Source of the DNA: an uncultured Clostridia bacterium | GTDB lineage: Bacteria > Bacillota > Clostridia > Christensenellales > UBA1242 | Direction: 5' to 3' | NCBI GenBank assembly: GCA_934746715.1 | Contig: CAKVFI010000001.1 | Location: forward strand, 135,653 to 199,652 | DNA: 64,000 nucleotides | In this document: in pieces, positions 1-9,402 of the stretch | How positions within the stretch are numbered: position 1 is the first letter of the stretch | Layout: each line of letters begins with the position of its first letter | The notes under the pieces: generated by a model | What the model was told of the DNA's origin: nothing | Database searches by the model: none | The model's input: the letters and a program-made list of their open reading frames with translations, nothing else | Made by a program: the position numbers and the translations under genes

Positions 1-444
1 GATTACGAGCCTGAAAACACACTTGTTGCAGTGGATGAAAATGACAAGGTTTGCGGGTATTGTGCTTACTCTTGCGATATGGACAAACTTAAAACCATCA
101 CCAATAAAGTTATTGCAAAAAAAGTCGCAAAAATAAATTTGCTTTATTCTTTGTTTTTAAAAGGATGTGTCAAAACTTCTTTAAAACTTTCCAAATATTA
201 TTTAGGTGGGGGATTTCATCTCAACATCGACAGCAAGCATCAAGGTCAGCACATTGGAAATATGCTTTTGGACGCAATGGGCAAACATCTTAAAAATCTT
301 GGATATAAATATATGTATCTTGTTACTGAAAACAGAAAAACAAGAGGTTACGGCTTTTATATGCATTACGGCTTTGAAGAAGCAAAAAAATGTGCTTTGG
401 GCACTTTGTGCTTAACTTATGATTTAAGCAAAATTAAACAATAA
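1..444 (+). CDS. GNAT-family N-acetyltransferase, probably truncated at the 5-prime end by the window edge
   Basis: The frame is open from nt 1 (DYEPENTLVAVDENDK...), so the GTG at 31 is probably internal. GNAT motif-A-like HQGQHIGNMLLDAMGKHL and GYGFYMHYGFEE. Confidence 0.6.
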   Translation, partial: DYEPENTLVAVDENDKVCGYCAYSCDMDKLKTITNKVIAKKVAKINLLYSLFLKGCVKTSLKLSKYYLGGGFHLNIDSKHQGQHIGNMLLDAMGKHLKNLGYKYMYLVTENRKTRGYGFYMHYGFEEAKKCALGTLCLTYDLSKIKQ

Positions 445-480
445 ACGTTAAATTAAAAATCTTTTTAAAATTAGGCACGC

Positions 481-535
481 AAAAAATGCAGTTTTAAATT
501 TTGTGATTAAACTATTTTTAAAACTGCATTTTTAT
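481..535. terminator. Bidirectional intrinsic terminator between convergent genes
   Basis: Perfect ~15-bp stem AAATGCAGTTTTAAA / TTTAAAACTGCATTT flanked by an A-run and a T-run. Confidence 0.6.
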
Positions 536-568
536 TGACTATTTAAGTTGTTTTTAACATTTTTATGT

Positions 569-1417
569 TTAATTTTTGTCACATAAATATGTTAATTTTG
601 TGCCATAAGTTTTTTCGTAAATATTTTTCCATATTGTGTAATTTTCTTCTTTCATTTGTTCAATATTGGTTTTTACATCAATGTCTGAATTTGCATAAAT
701 TGGTTTTTCAATATGCATTGTGTAAATTTGCACAGGAAAACCATCTGGGCCAATTTTATCACTATCCTGCATTGTTACAAAGCAAGGGATAACCGGCACA
801 TTGTTTTTAACAGCAAAACGGAACGCTCCATTTTTAAGAGGCTTTGGTTTGCGATAATTCCACCACATACTTTCTTCTGGGTAAAAAAGCACAAAATTGC
901 CTTCTTGCAACAATTCGTTTGTGCAACGCAAAAACTTTTTCATTGTATCCTTGTTTTGGCTTAATGGCAAAGTGTCGCAATATTTAAAAATTGGTTCAAA
1001 TCCCCTTGGCGGGTTGGTATAATTGCCTTCTCTAACAACCTTAAACAAGCGTTTGTGTTTATGCTTTGATTGTCTAAATGTTTGATCCATAATAAAGCTG
1101 TCAGCAACACCAAAATGATTGCAGGTTACTATTGCACCAGTTTTAACAGATTGCATGTTTTCAATGCCAACAATTTTATCAAATCTAAACAAACCCGCTT
1201 GTTTTAATTGTTTGAGCATTTTGCCTGCAAGTTTGTAGGTGAAAAACCTTTTTATTTTATTAATTAATTTTTTGCGTTTATAGTCAATTTGGTCTGGAAA
1301 AAGCTCGAAAGTTGGAGGGTCATTTTCAACATCTTTGTCAAAAACGCCATTTAACTCCAACTCTTCAATCTTTTTTAGCACATCAAGTCTGTCCTGTGCT
1401 TTTAAAATCTCTTCCAT
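569..1417 (-). CDS. Lysophospholipid/1-acylglycerol-3-phosphate acyltransferase family (PlsC-like)
   Basis: HX4D block CNHFGVADSF and second block FYPEESMWW; SD AGGAGC upstream. Confidence 0.7.
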   Translation of the reverse strand: MEEILKAQDRLDVLKKIEELELNGVFDKDVENDPPTFELFPDQIDYKRKKLINKIKRFFTYKLAGKMLKQLKQAGLFRFDKIVGIENMQSVKTGAIVTCNHFGVADSFIMDQTFRQSKHKHKRLFKVVREGNYTNPPRGFEPIFKYCDTLPLSQNKDTMKKFLRCTNELLQEGNFVLFYPEESMWWNYRKPKPLKNGAFRFAVKNNVPVIPCFVTMQDSDKIGPDGFPVQIYTMHIEKPIYANSDIDVKTNIEQMKEENYTIWKNIYEKTYGTKLTYLCDKN

Positions 1418-1428
1418 TATTGCTCCTA

Positions 1429-2523
1429 TTAGCTTTTTTGCTTACGTGGTTTTGCAATTGTATTATCAATAACATCAAACAAATCTTGTTGTTGCAATTC
1501 TTCCAAATCACATGCAACAATTTCATTTTTAACAAGTGGTGATTCCTTTTCATCAAAGATAGCATCAACAATCTTTTTAATTCTAGCATTGTCAACAACA
1601 TCGTTTGCTTGTTTAACGATATTTTCACAAAGCGTTTGTGTTTGTTTTTCTGCAATTTTGATTGATTCTTCTGTTTCGCTGTTTTTGGCTTGCATGATTT
1701 CATCATAATATCCGCTTGTCTTTGCATATTCCCAAAAATATTTTTCGTACAAAATGCCGTCTTTCTTCCAAGGTTTTAAGTCAAGGTTGAAGTGAAATAA
1801 TTTTATATCCTTTTCCTTGATTGTTGTGCTTGGGAATGGTTGCTTGTTCCAAACTAGACTAATATATTTAACTTTGCCACGGCAAATGCAGTTCAAATAG
1901 TCTTGATCTTGTGCAACTTCAAATTTAACTTTGCCAAGCAAATCAATAAATTTGCCTTCAAAATCAATTTCGCGCAAACGTTTTGTGTTCATAAGCAAAA
2001 TGCCTGCATTAAAATATTTTGAATGATTACCCTTGCCAAGTGGAATATGATTTTCAACATAATCCCAAGCAAGAGGTGTGTTTTGAACAAAATTATCTGG
2101 AATTGCACCAACTAAATTGTCTCCAAGGTCTATGTTAAAAAGCTCACTAATATCACCTTTAACAACGATATCACTGTCAAGATACAAAACTTTGTCATAT
2201 TGTTTGTACAAATTTGGGATAAACAATCTGTAATATGTTGCTTTTGAATAATAGTCACGTGTGTGCAACTTGTTTGCAATCAATTCAACATATGAAGTGA
2301 TATCTTCAAAGCTGATTTGAAAATTTTGATTGGAATATTTTTGTTTAATTAATTTTTGATTTCTCTCATTAACATTGTTTGCGTGTAAAATTTTGATGTC
2401 ATACTGATAGTTTTTTGAAGCATTTTCTTCTAAAGACTCCAAAGAAACTGCTAAATATGGTATATACTTGTCATCGCAAGTAAAGATAATTGGTATTATG
2501 TTGTTTTTGTTTTGATTATTCAT
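1429..2523 (-). CDS. Glycosyltransferase family 8 (retaining, LPS galactosyl/glucosyltransferase-like)
   Basis: IPIIFTCDDKYIPYLAVSLESL, DxD context LYLDSDIVV, FNAGILLMN. Confidence 0.75.
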   Translation of the reverse strand: MNNQNKNNIIPIIFTCDDKYIPYLAVSLESLEENASKNYQYDIKILHANNVNERNQKLIKQKYSNQNFQISFEDITSYVELIANKLHTRDYYSKATYYRLFIPNLYKQYDKVLYLDSDIVVKGDISELFNIDLGDNLVGAIPDNFVQNTPLAWDYVENHIPLGKGNHSKYFNAGILLMNTKRLREIDFEGKFIDLLGKVKFEVAQDQDYLNCICRGKVKYISLVWNKQPFPSTTIKEKDIKLFHFNLDLKPWKKDGILYEKYFWEYAKTSGYYDEIMQAKNSETEESIKIAEKQTQTLCENIVKQANDVVDNARIKKIVDAIFDEKESPLVKNEIVACDLEELQQQDLFDVIDNTIAKPRKQKS

Positions 2524-2524
2524 A

Positions 2525-3370
2525 TTAATTTTCTCCCTTTAAAAAATTGTTTTCGTAATATTTTTTTAAATAAATGTATTCGTATAAAATGTCATCAAAT
2601 TGATAATATTTGAATACTTTGTGTACTTTGCTTACATTCCACTGTTTTATATTTGCTGTGTGTGGATATGGCTTCCAGAACAATCGTTTGCTGAAATGCC
2701 TAATCACAGTGTTTTTGTGGCAATATTTTTGATCATTAAACCTTTGTGGCAAAGTTTTGTATTTGGTTGTTGCATGCCAAACCGCATCTTGATCTGCAAA
2801 CAGCCATTTCTTTTCTCTAATTAACTGCCTTGCTTTTTCAAACAAACCAGTTTCCTTAATCTTTTTCATGTTCAAAAGCAAAACACCAGCATTGATATAT
2901 TTTGGATTAATTGCAAATTTGCCATAATGGTCAGTTGCGGCGGCGTACTCATACTCATCAATGTCTTGATTGTAAAGTTCAGTTATATCTCTATTAAACA
3001 AAAGGTCAATATCTAAATATAACAACTTGTCTGGAACATTTGGAATTAAGTCTGCAAACAATCTTAACAATGTGTATGGTGAGCAATAGCAACTTTCGTT
3101 TGGGCTATTTTCAAATTCTGCCTTATAATATTCTCCACAATCAATTTTTTCCACATCATTTTCTGGATTGTAAGATTTAGCAACATTATTAAGGAATTCA
3201 ATCATTTTATCATCAATTGCGGTATATTCTGGTTTAATTCTTGTTATATCCATTGTGTAGATATAAAACTTAAATGGTTCTTTGGTTGTTGTACGTTTGA
3301 AAATTGAAAGCATTGTTGTTAACACACCATCAAACACTTTTGAGTTTCCTGAAAATAAAATGTTAATCAT
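2525..3370 (-). CDS. Glycosyltransferase family 8 paralog
   Basis: LYLDIDLLF (DxD), INAGVLLLNM; 8-nt overlap with the upstream gene at 3363-3370. Confidence 0.75.
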   Translation of the reverse strand: MINILFSGNSKVFDGVLTTMLSIFKRTTTKEPFKFYIYTMDITRIKPEYTAIDDKMIEFLNNVAKSYNPENDVEKIDCGEYYKAEFENSPNESCYCSPYTLLRLFADLIPNVPDKLLYLDIDLLFNRDITELYNQDIDEYEYAAATDHYGKFAINPKYINAGVLLLNMKKIKETGLFEKARQLIREKKWLFADQDAVWHATTKYKTLPQRFNDQKYCHKNTVIRHFSKRLFWKPYPHTANIKQWNVSKVHKVFKYYQFDDILYEYIYLKKYYENNFLKGEN

Positions 3371-4139
3371 TTTCCTCCTTTTTTATGTACTTAATAAATT
3401 CGTAATCACTTAATTTGCTTCTTTCAACCATTGTGTTGTAAACTCGGTCGTGCAAGTCTTGAATACGCTCCTTGCTTGGCATTTCCTTGTTTGGATAAAA
3501 TGGACCATCAATATAAGTAATTATCTGAACTTTGCCATTTTTGCGCTTGTGATAAGTGTTGGTAAAACAAAATGCAGGCACATCATATTTAACTGGATAT
3601 CTAAACGAAGTTGACACAAATGGTCTAATTTTTGTGTAATAAGGCCAAATATGTGCTTCCGGATAAATTAAAATTGATTTGCGCTTTTTTATTATTTCGT
3701 CAACAGCTGTAACAAACTTTTTTGTTTCGTGAACATTTGTTGGTACAGGCAAAGCACCCAAACGTTTAACCAACCAACCCAAACCTTTGATGTTAAGATT
3801 TTTGCGGTTGACCATAACATATGCTTCGTGATAACTTATTCTTTTTGGCATTGATGCATCAAAGAATTGTTGAGTGTGATTGCCATAAATAAAATAACTT
3901 GTGCGTTTAACTTGTTTGAAAGCTTTTTTGTTTACAATCTTCCAAGCAAATTTTGTTTTTGCATAAATCATTGAAACCGGCCATGCAATGATATTATTCC
4001 AAAAGAAGTGTTTAATTTGCCAAAACAAGTTATTGCTGTAATAAACATATTTTTCACTAACAGGCTTGTCTTGTTCAACATCTTCAGAAAAATCTTCATT
4101 AAATTCATCACTGAAGTATATCGTTTGCTGCTCCTTCAT
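3363..4139 (-). CDS. Acyltransferase, PlsC/LPLAT family
   Basis: HX4D block YGNHTQQFFD and LIYPEAHIWPY; SD GGAGGA upstream. Confidence 0.65.
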   Translation of the reverse strand: MKEQQTIYFSDEFNEDFSEDVEQDKPVSEKYVYYSNNLFWQIKHFFWNNIIAWPVSMIYAKTKFAWKIVNKKAFKQVKRTSYFIYGNHTQQFFDASMPKRISYHEAYVMVNRKNLNIKGLGWLVKRLGALPVPTNVHETKKFVTAVDEIIKKRKSILIYPEAHIWPYYTKIRPFVSTSFRYPVKYDVPAFCFTNTYHKRKNGKVQIITYIDGPFYPNKEMPSKERIQDLHDRVYNTMVERSKLSDYEFIKYIKKEEND

Positions 4140-4579
4140 TTATCCTCCAACGACAACATCATACTATTTGTTTATTCGTTTTTGCAAGAGAATTGTCAAA
4201 TTTTGCTCTAAACATTAGTCTTAATTATTAGAATACTATCTATCAAATAATAGAATCATTTTTTACATCTCTTTAAATTGGAATTGTAACTCTACTTACT
4301 CTACTGATAGTAGATTTTTATAGTTTTTGCTGTGTTTTTAGCAAAAAATAATTATTGTTAGGCTTGTTTTTAATAAAAATTGCCATTGTGATTTAATTTG
4401 CCCAAAACGCAAAAATTTTTGATTTTATATCGCTTTTCCCTTTTATTTTGATTAAAAAGCCAACAAAAACAAACAATTTTGTTATTAAAACAACTTGAAA
4501 AAGCAGCAATAAACGCAACAAAAACAGCAATAAAATAAAAACTAATTTACTTTTAAATTTGATTTTTTAGCATATTTCG

Positions 4580-4608
4580 TTGCTTTTGATGGCTATTTTT
4601 TGTATAAT
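4580..4608 (+). promoter_or_regulatory. Candidate sigma-A promoter for the SHOCT membrane protein gene
   Basis: TTGCTT (4580-4585), 17 nt, TATAAT (4603-4608), about 28 nt before the ATG at 4637. Confidence 0.45.
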
Positions 4609-4636
4609 GCTAATAGAATATAAAAGGAGTTTGTCT

Positions 4637-5458
4637 ATGGAAAAAACAAAAATGGATCATGAAAAACTTTATCGTTTAATCCAAACAATCGCAGTTATTG
4701 GAATGTTTGCATCTGTTGCGTTAGCAATTATGATGTCATTTAATGTGCTCAAATATTCTGCTGCCATGTTGTCTTTGGTGTTGGTTATCTTGGTTGTGAG
4801 TATTTCTTGCATGATGGTGTTGCCTTGGGTTAAACAACTTTCAAAAGGTGAATTTAAAATTCTTTGTTATGTAATGTTTGGCTTGACTGCTTTTAGTTGC
4901 GTCCTTTGGGCAGCAGACATTATTGTTGGCGTTAAAATTGCAGACGCCGTTAAAGCTGATAACGCAGCACAATTGCTTGGGCAACTTAAATTTTTGCAAA
5001 TCAGTTTGTTTTTAACTTTTCAAATTGTAGTGGCAAATTCGGTTGCTAGTTGTGTGGTTAAATATCGCAAAACTATGGTTGCTTTTCAGGTTATCACATA
5101 CATCAGCAATTTGTATATAGACTTGTATGGCTCGATTGCCTTATTTTGTGTTAAAATTAGCAACGATGGCTTGAGTTTTGCAAACAATGTTAGTTTTATT
5201 TCAAACAAAATTTCAATTATGTTTGCAGTTATGGCTCTTGCTTTTGTTATCATTTCAAACTGGGTTGTTAAGCGCATGGACAAACGCCGTCAACGCGATG
5301 CCCTTGCCCCAATGTTTGAAGATAACAAAAAACAAAATCAAGCTGGTGAAAAAACAGTTCAACAAAAGTTGAAAGAATTGAAAGAAATGTTGGACAATAA
5401 TTTGATTTCTGAAGAAGAATATGCAAAAAAACGTGATGATTTAATTAATCAACTTTAA
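4637..5458 (+). CDS. Multi-pass membrane protein with C-terminal SHOCT domain
   Basis: The start is moved to ATG 4637 (MEKTKMDHEK), preceded by AAAAGGAG. Several hydrophobic helices; SHOCT-like tail LKELKEMLDNNLISEEEYAKKRDDLINQL. Confidence 0.6.
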   Translation: MEKTKMDHEKLYRLIQTIAVIGMFASVALAIMMSFNVLKYSAAMLSLVLVILVVSISCMMVLPWVKQLSKGEFKILCYVMFGLTAFSCVLWAADIIVGVKIADAVKADNAAQLLGQLKFLQISLFLTFQIVVANSVASCVVKYRKTMVAFQVITYISNLYIDLYGSIALFCVKISNDGLSFANNVSFISNKISIMFAVMALAFVIISNWVVKRMDKRRQRDALAPMFEDNKKQNQAGEKTVQQKLKELKEMLDNNLISEEEYAKKRDDLINQL

Positions 5459-5469
5459 ATTTTTAAAAA

Positions 5470-5497
5470 ACCGCCAAAAAATTTGGTGGTTTTTTTC
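5470..5497 (+). terminator. Intrinsic terminator
   Basis: ACCGCCAAA-AAA-TTTGGTGGT stem followed by a T-run. Confidence 0.65.
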
Positions 5498-5626
5498 TGC
5501 ATATTAAAGCAGCGTCATAATATTAATTTAAATATCAACTTATATTATAGCATTAAGTTTAATTTACTAGACAAAAACATTATCTTTTGATAAAATATGG
5601 AAAGAATTTTAATTAAAGGATTTATT

Positions 5627-8329
5627 ATGGGATTATTTTCTTACTTATTTGCTTCAGACAACAAAAGAAGTCTTATCAAAATTGAAAAAATTGTAAAACA
5701 AATTGAAGACAAGGCAGACATCTACTCTGCCATGAGCGATGCAGAATTGCAAGGTCAAACCGCCATTTTAAAAGACAGGCTTAAAGCTGGTGAAACAACT
5801 GATGATATTTTGCCGGACGCGTTTGCCGTTGTGCGCGAAGCTGCAACCCGTGTGCTTGGCATGCGTCACTTTCATGTTCAACTTATTGGTGGCGTTGTTT
5901 TGCACCAAGGGCGTATTGCTGAAATGCGCACCGGTGAAGGTAAAACTTTGACAGCAACCACTGCAGTTTACTTAAACGCACTCACTGGCAAAAATGTGCA
6001 TGTTATTACTGTTAACGAATACTTGGCAACAACACAAGCAGAAATGATGGGCAAACTTTACAAATTTTTGGGGCTTACTATCGGTTGCACTCTTGCTGGT
6101 CAACAAGCACCAGAAAAGAAAAAGGCATATGAATGCGACATCACTTACGGCACAAACAATGAATTTGGCTTTGACTATTTGCGTGACAATATGCAAGTTA
6201 GCAAAGACTACAAGGTGCAACGTGGGCACAATTTCTGTATTGTGGACGAAGTGGACTCCATTTTGATTGATGAAGCACGTACCCCACTTATTATTTCTGG
6301 TGCAGGTGGCAAGTCAACAGACCTTTACGCAGTTGCTGATAGATTTGCAAAAAGTTTGAAACCAGAAGATTACGATATCGACATCAAACATAAACAAATC
6401 CGTTTAACTGAAACTGGTGTTAGCAAGGCAGAAACTTATTTTAAACTTGAAAACTTGAGTGATATCCAAAACCTTGAAATCAACCACCATATCAACAACG
6501 CTTTGCGTGCAAATTATATTATGGAACGCGACATCAACTACATTGTTAAAAACGATGAAGTGTTGATTGTTGATGAATTTACCGGCCGTATTATGCAAGG
6601 CAGACGTTATAGCGACGGCTTGCACCAAGCAATTGAAGCCAAAGAAGGCGTTAAAGTGCAAGAAGAAAACAAAACTTTGGCAACAATCACCCTTCAAAAC
6701 TACTTTAAACTTTACTCTAAATTGAGCGGCATGACTGGTACTGCAAAAACTGAAGAAGGTGAATTTAACAAAATTTACAACTTGGATGTTGTTACCATTC
6801 CAACAAATAAGCCTGTGCAACGTATTGATGAACAAGACCTTATCTTTTACACTGAACAAGCAAAATACAATGCAATTGTTGAAGAAATTAAGGAAAAATA
6901 TGAAAAAGGTCAACCTATTTTGGTTGGTACTGCTTCGGTTGACAAATCTGAACGCATAAGCAAAGAAATTAAAAAATTGGGCATTCCTCACAACCTTTTG
7001 AATGCAAAAAACCATGAACTTGAAGGTCAAATTATTGCGCAATCTGGTCGTGTTGGGCAAGTTACAATTGCAACTAACATGGCTGGTCGTGGTACAGATA
7101 TTTTGCTTGGTGGTAACCCAGAATTTTTGGCAAAACAAAAAATGCTTAACGAAAACGTTGAACCTGCTGTGATGGAAAAAATCACTTCTTACAATGCAGA
7201 TTTAACTGACGAAGAAAAAGTTTTGAAAGACAAATACAACAAATACTACACCGATTTTAAAAAGATAACCGACGAAGAAAAGAAAAAGGTTATTGAGCTT
7301 GGTGGTCTTCACATTTTGGGCACTGAACGTCATGAATCTCGTCGTATTGACAATCAGTTGCGTGGTCGTGCCGGACGTCAAGGCGACCCAGGCTCAAGCA
7401 TATTCTTTATCTCTCTTGAAGACGATTTGCCACAACGTTTTGGCGAAAACAGAATGAAAAACTGGTTCTCTATTGTTTTCCGTGGAAATGAAGATATGCC
7501 TTTGCAATCTCGCATTTTGACAAGGTTCTTTGAATCTGCACAAAAGAAAGTGGAAGCAATGAACTTTGGTGCACGTAAAAATGTGCTTGAATATGATGAT
7601 GTGCTTAACAAACAACGTCAAATTATTTACGGCGAACGCGACAAAGTTTTGGACGGAGTTGACATTCACCCACAAATTTTGGAAATGCTTAAAGAATTCA
7701 CTTTTGAAACAACTGCAAATTATTTGGACGAATCAAAACCATATTATGAATGGGACTTGGAACCTTTGAACAAGGAATTGGAGTCAAAGATTTTAAAACC
7801 TGGCACAAACCTTGTTACCGCGGATTTTGTTGAAGGGCTTGACTCTAAACAAGTTGCCCAAAACATTTATGAAAAGCTTTTGGAAATTTACGAAGCAAAA
7901 ATTGCAGAAGTTAAAAAATTGAATATAGATTTCAGCATTATTGAACGCAGCGTATTGCTCCGTGTGGTTGATAAGTTCTGGACAGACCATATCGATGCAA
8001 TGAACACCCTTCGCAACGAAATCGGCGTTATGGCATATGGTCAAAAAGACCCTGTTGTTGCTTACAAAAACGAAGGTTTTGAAATGTTTGACAAAATGAT
8101 TACTGATATCCGTGATTACACTGCCGAAACATTGTTTAAATCACAACTTAAAATTGAAGTTATCCCACAACGCCCAGTTGGCCCAGTTAATGCTGGCAAC
8201 ACAAATAAAGGTGAAAATGTGCAAGCACGCAAACGCGACACTCACATTGGCAGAAACGACCTTTGCCCTTGCGGAAGCGGAAAAAAATATAAAAACTGTT
8301 GTATGATTAAAGACATGGCAAACAAATAA
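5627..8329 (+). CDS. secA: Preprotein translocase ATPase SecA
   Basis: Start at MGLFSYLF (ATG 5627, AAAGGA upstream). Walker A MRTGEGKT, DEAD-like VDEVDSILIDEARTPLIISG, C-terminal zinc finger CPCGSGKKYKNCC. Confidence 0.97.
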   Translation: MGLFSYLFASDNKRSLIKIEKIVKQIEDKADIYSAMSDAELQGQTAILKDRLKAGETTDDILPDAFAVVREAATRVLGMRHFHVQLIGGVVLHQGRIAEMRTGEGKTLTATTAVYLNALTGKNVHVITVNEYLATTQAEMMGKLYKFLGLTIGCTLAGQQAPEKKKAYECDITYGTNNEFGFDYLRDNMQVSKDYKVQRGHNFCIVDEVDSILIDEARTPLIISGAGGKSTDLYAVADRFAKSLKPEDYDIDIKHKQIRLTETGVSKAETYFKLENLSDIQNLEINHHINNALRANYIMERDINYIVKNDEVLIVDEFTGRIMQGRRYSDGLHQAIEAKEGVKVQEENKTLATITLQNYFKLYSKLSGMTGTAKTEEGEFNKIYNLDVVTIPTNKPVQRIDEQDLIFYTEQAKYNAIVEEIKEKYEKGQPILVGTASVDKSERISKEIKKLGIPHNLLNAKNHELEGQIIAQSGRVGQVTIATNMAGRGTDILLGGNPEFLAKQKMLNENVEPAVMEKITSYNADLTDEEKVLKDKYNKYYTDFKKITDEEKKKVIELGGLHILGTERHESRRIDNQLRGRAGRQGDPGSSIFFISLEDDLPQRFGENRMKNWFSIVFRGNEDMPLQSRILTRFFESAQKKVEAMNFGARKNVLEYDDVLNKQRQIIYGERDKVLDGVDIHPQILEMLKEFTFETTANYLDESKPYYEWDLEPLNKELESKILKPGTNLVTADFVEGLDSKQVAQNIYEKLLEIYEAKIAEVKKLNIDFSIIERSVLLRVVDKFWTDHIDAMNTLRNEIGVMAYGQKDPVVAYKNEGFEMFDKMITDIRDYTAETLFKSQLKIEVIPQRPVGPVNAGNTNKGENVQARKRDTHIGRNDLCPCGSGKKYKNCCMIKDMANK

Positions 8330-8449
8330 ACCTATCATTGTTAAAAATTAAAATTATCGTAAAAAACTGTAATCTACATTTTAATTTAAACATTAAAATA
8401 TATTTACAACAAAAAACTCATCAAAACGACGAGTTTTTTTGTTTTTGAT

Positions 8450-9043
8450 TTACATTTCGCGGCGAGATTGAAGTGCTTTTGACAATGTCATTGCATCAGT
8501 ATATTCCAACTCGCTGCCCATGCTAACGCCTTGCGCAATACGTGTAACTTTAACACCAAGTGGTTTAAGCAAATTGGCAATATACATTGCTGTTGCTTCG
8601 CCTTCCACATCTGGATTTGTTGCCACAATAACTTCTGCAATATTTTCAGCTTGAACGCGTGCCAAAAGTGATTTTATGTTGATGTCATTTGGGCCTTTGC
8701 CTTCAAGTGGGTTAATCACTCCATGAAGGACATGATATGTGCCATTAAATTCACGCACCTTTTCAAGTGCTGTAACGTCTTTTGGCTCTTTAACAACGCA
8801 AATGATATTATCCTTTTTGGGACGAGAACAAATATCACAAATTTCTTTATCCGTAAAGTTTGCACACACTTTGCAATAATGAATGGTTTGCTTTGCATTA
8901 ACCATTGCATCGGCAAAATCTTTAACCTGATTTTCGTCCAAAGTTAACAGATAATAAGCATATCTTTGAGCAGTTTTTTTGCCAACACCCGGCAAACGAG
9001 AAAATTCGTTAACCAGCCTTTCCATAGAGTCAATTTGGTTCAT
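8450..9043 (-). CDS. recR: Recombination protein RecR
   Basis: HhH LPGVGKKTAQRYAYYLL, C4 zinc finger CKVCANFTDKEICDIC, Toprim region. Confidence 0.95.
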   Translation of the reverse strand: MNQIDSMERLVNEFSRLPGVGKKTAQRYAYYLLTLDENQVKDFADAMVNAKQTIHYCKVCANFTDKEICDICSRPKKDNIICVVKEPKDVTALEKVREFNGTYHVLHGVINPLEGKGPNDINIKSLLARVQAENIAEVIVATNPDVEGEATAMYIANLLKPLGVKVTRIAQGVSMGSELEYTDAMTLSKALQSRREM

Positions 9044-9381
9044 TACATCAACCCGCCAAGGCCGCCCATTGCGCCCATTTTGTCTTTGCTTAATTCATCT
9101 GCTTTTGCAATAGCGTCGTTAAAAGCAACAACAAGCAAATCTTCCAACATTTCAATATCGTCTGGGTCAACTGCATTTTTGTTGAGTTTAACAGACTTTA
9201 ATTCCTTTTTGCCTGTCATTGTAATTTGCACCATATCTCCACCAGCCTTGCCAACAACTTCTGCTTCTTCCAACTCTTGTTGCGCTTTTTCCATTTGCTC
9301 TTGCATTTTGCGTGCTTGTTGCATGATTGCGTTCATGTTCATTCCGCCACCAAAGCCGCCATTAAAACCACCATATGCCAT
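9043..9381 (-). CDS. ybaB: Nucleoid-associated protein YbaB/EbfC
   Basis: G-rich N-terminus, MQQARKMQEQMEKAQQELE, and the conserved dnaX-ybaB-recR order. Confidence 0.9.
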   Translation of the reverse strand: MAYGGFNGGFGGGMNMNAIMQQARKMQEQMEKAQQELEEAEVVGKAGGDMVQITMTGKKELKSVKLNKNAVDPDDIEMLEDLLVVAFNDAIAKADELSKDKMGAMGGLGGLM

Positions 9382-9402
9382 AATTTTATCTCCTAATTAG
9401 AT

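Noticed and set aside
6404-7138. 244-aa minus-strand ORF inside secA. Similar long antisense ORFs occur at 8966-9400 (over ybaB), 14195-14944 (over folD), 44241-44702, 46298-46777 and 47066-47512.
   Set aside because: All are antisense to strongly supported conserved genes. They have Cys/Phe/Asn-rich nonsense composition typical of shadow frames in AT-rich DNA, and none has an SD.
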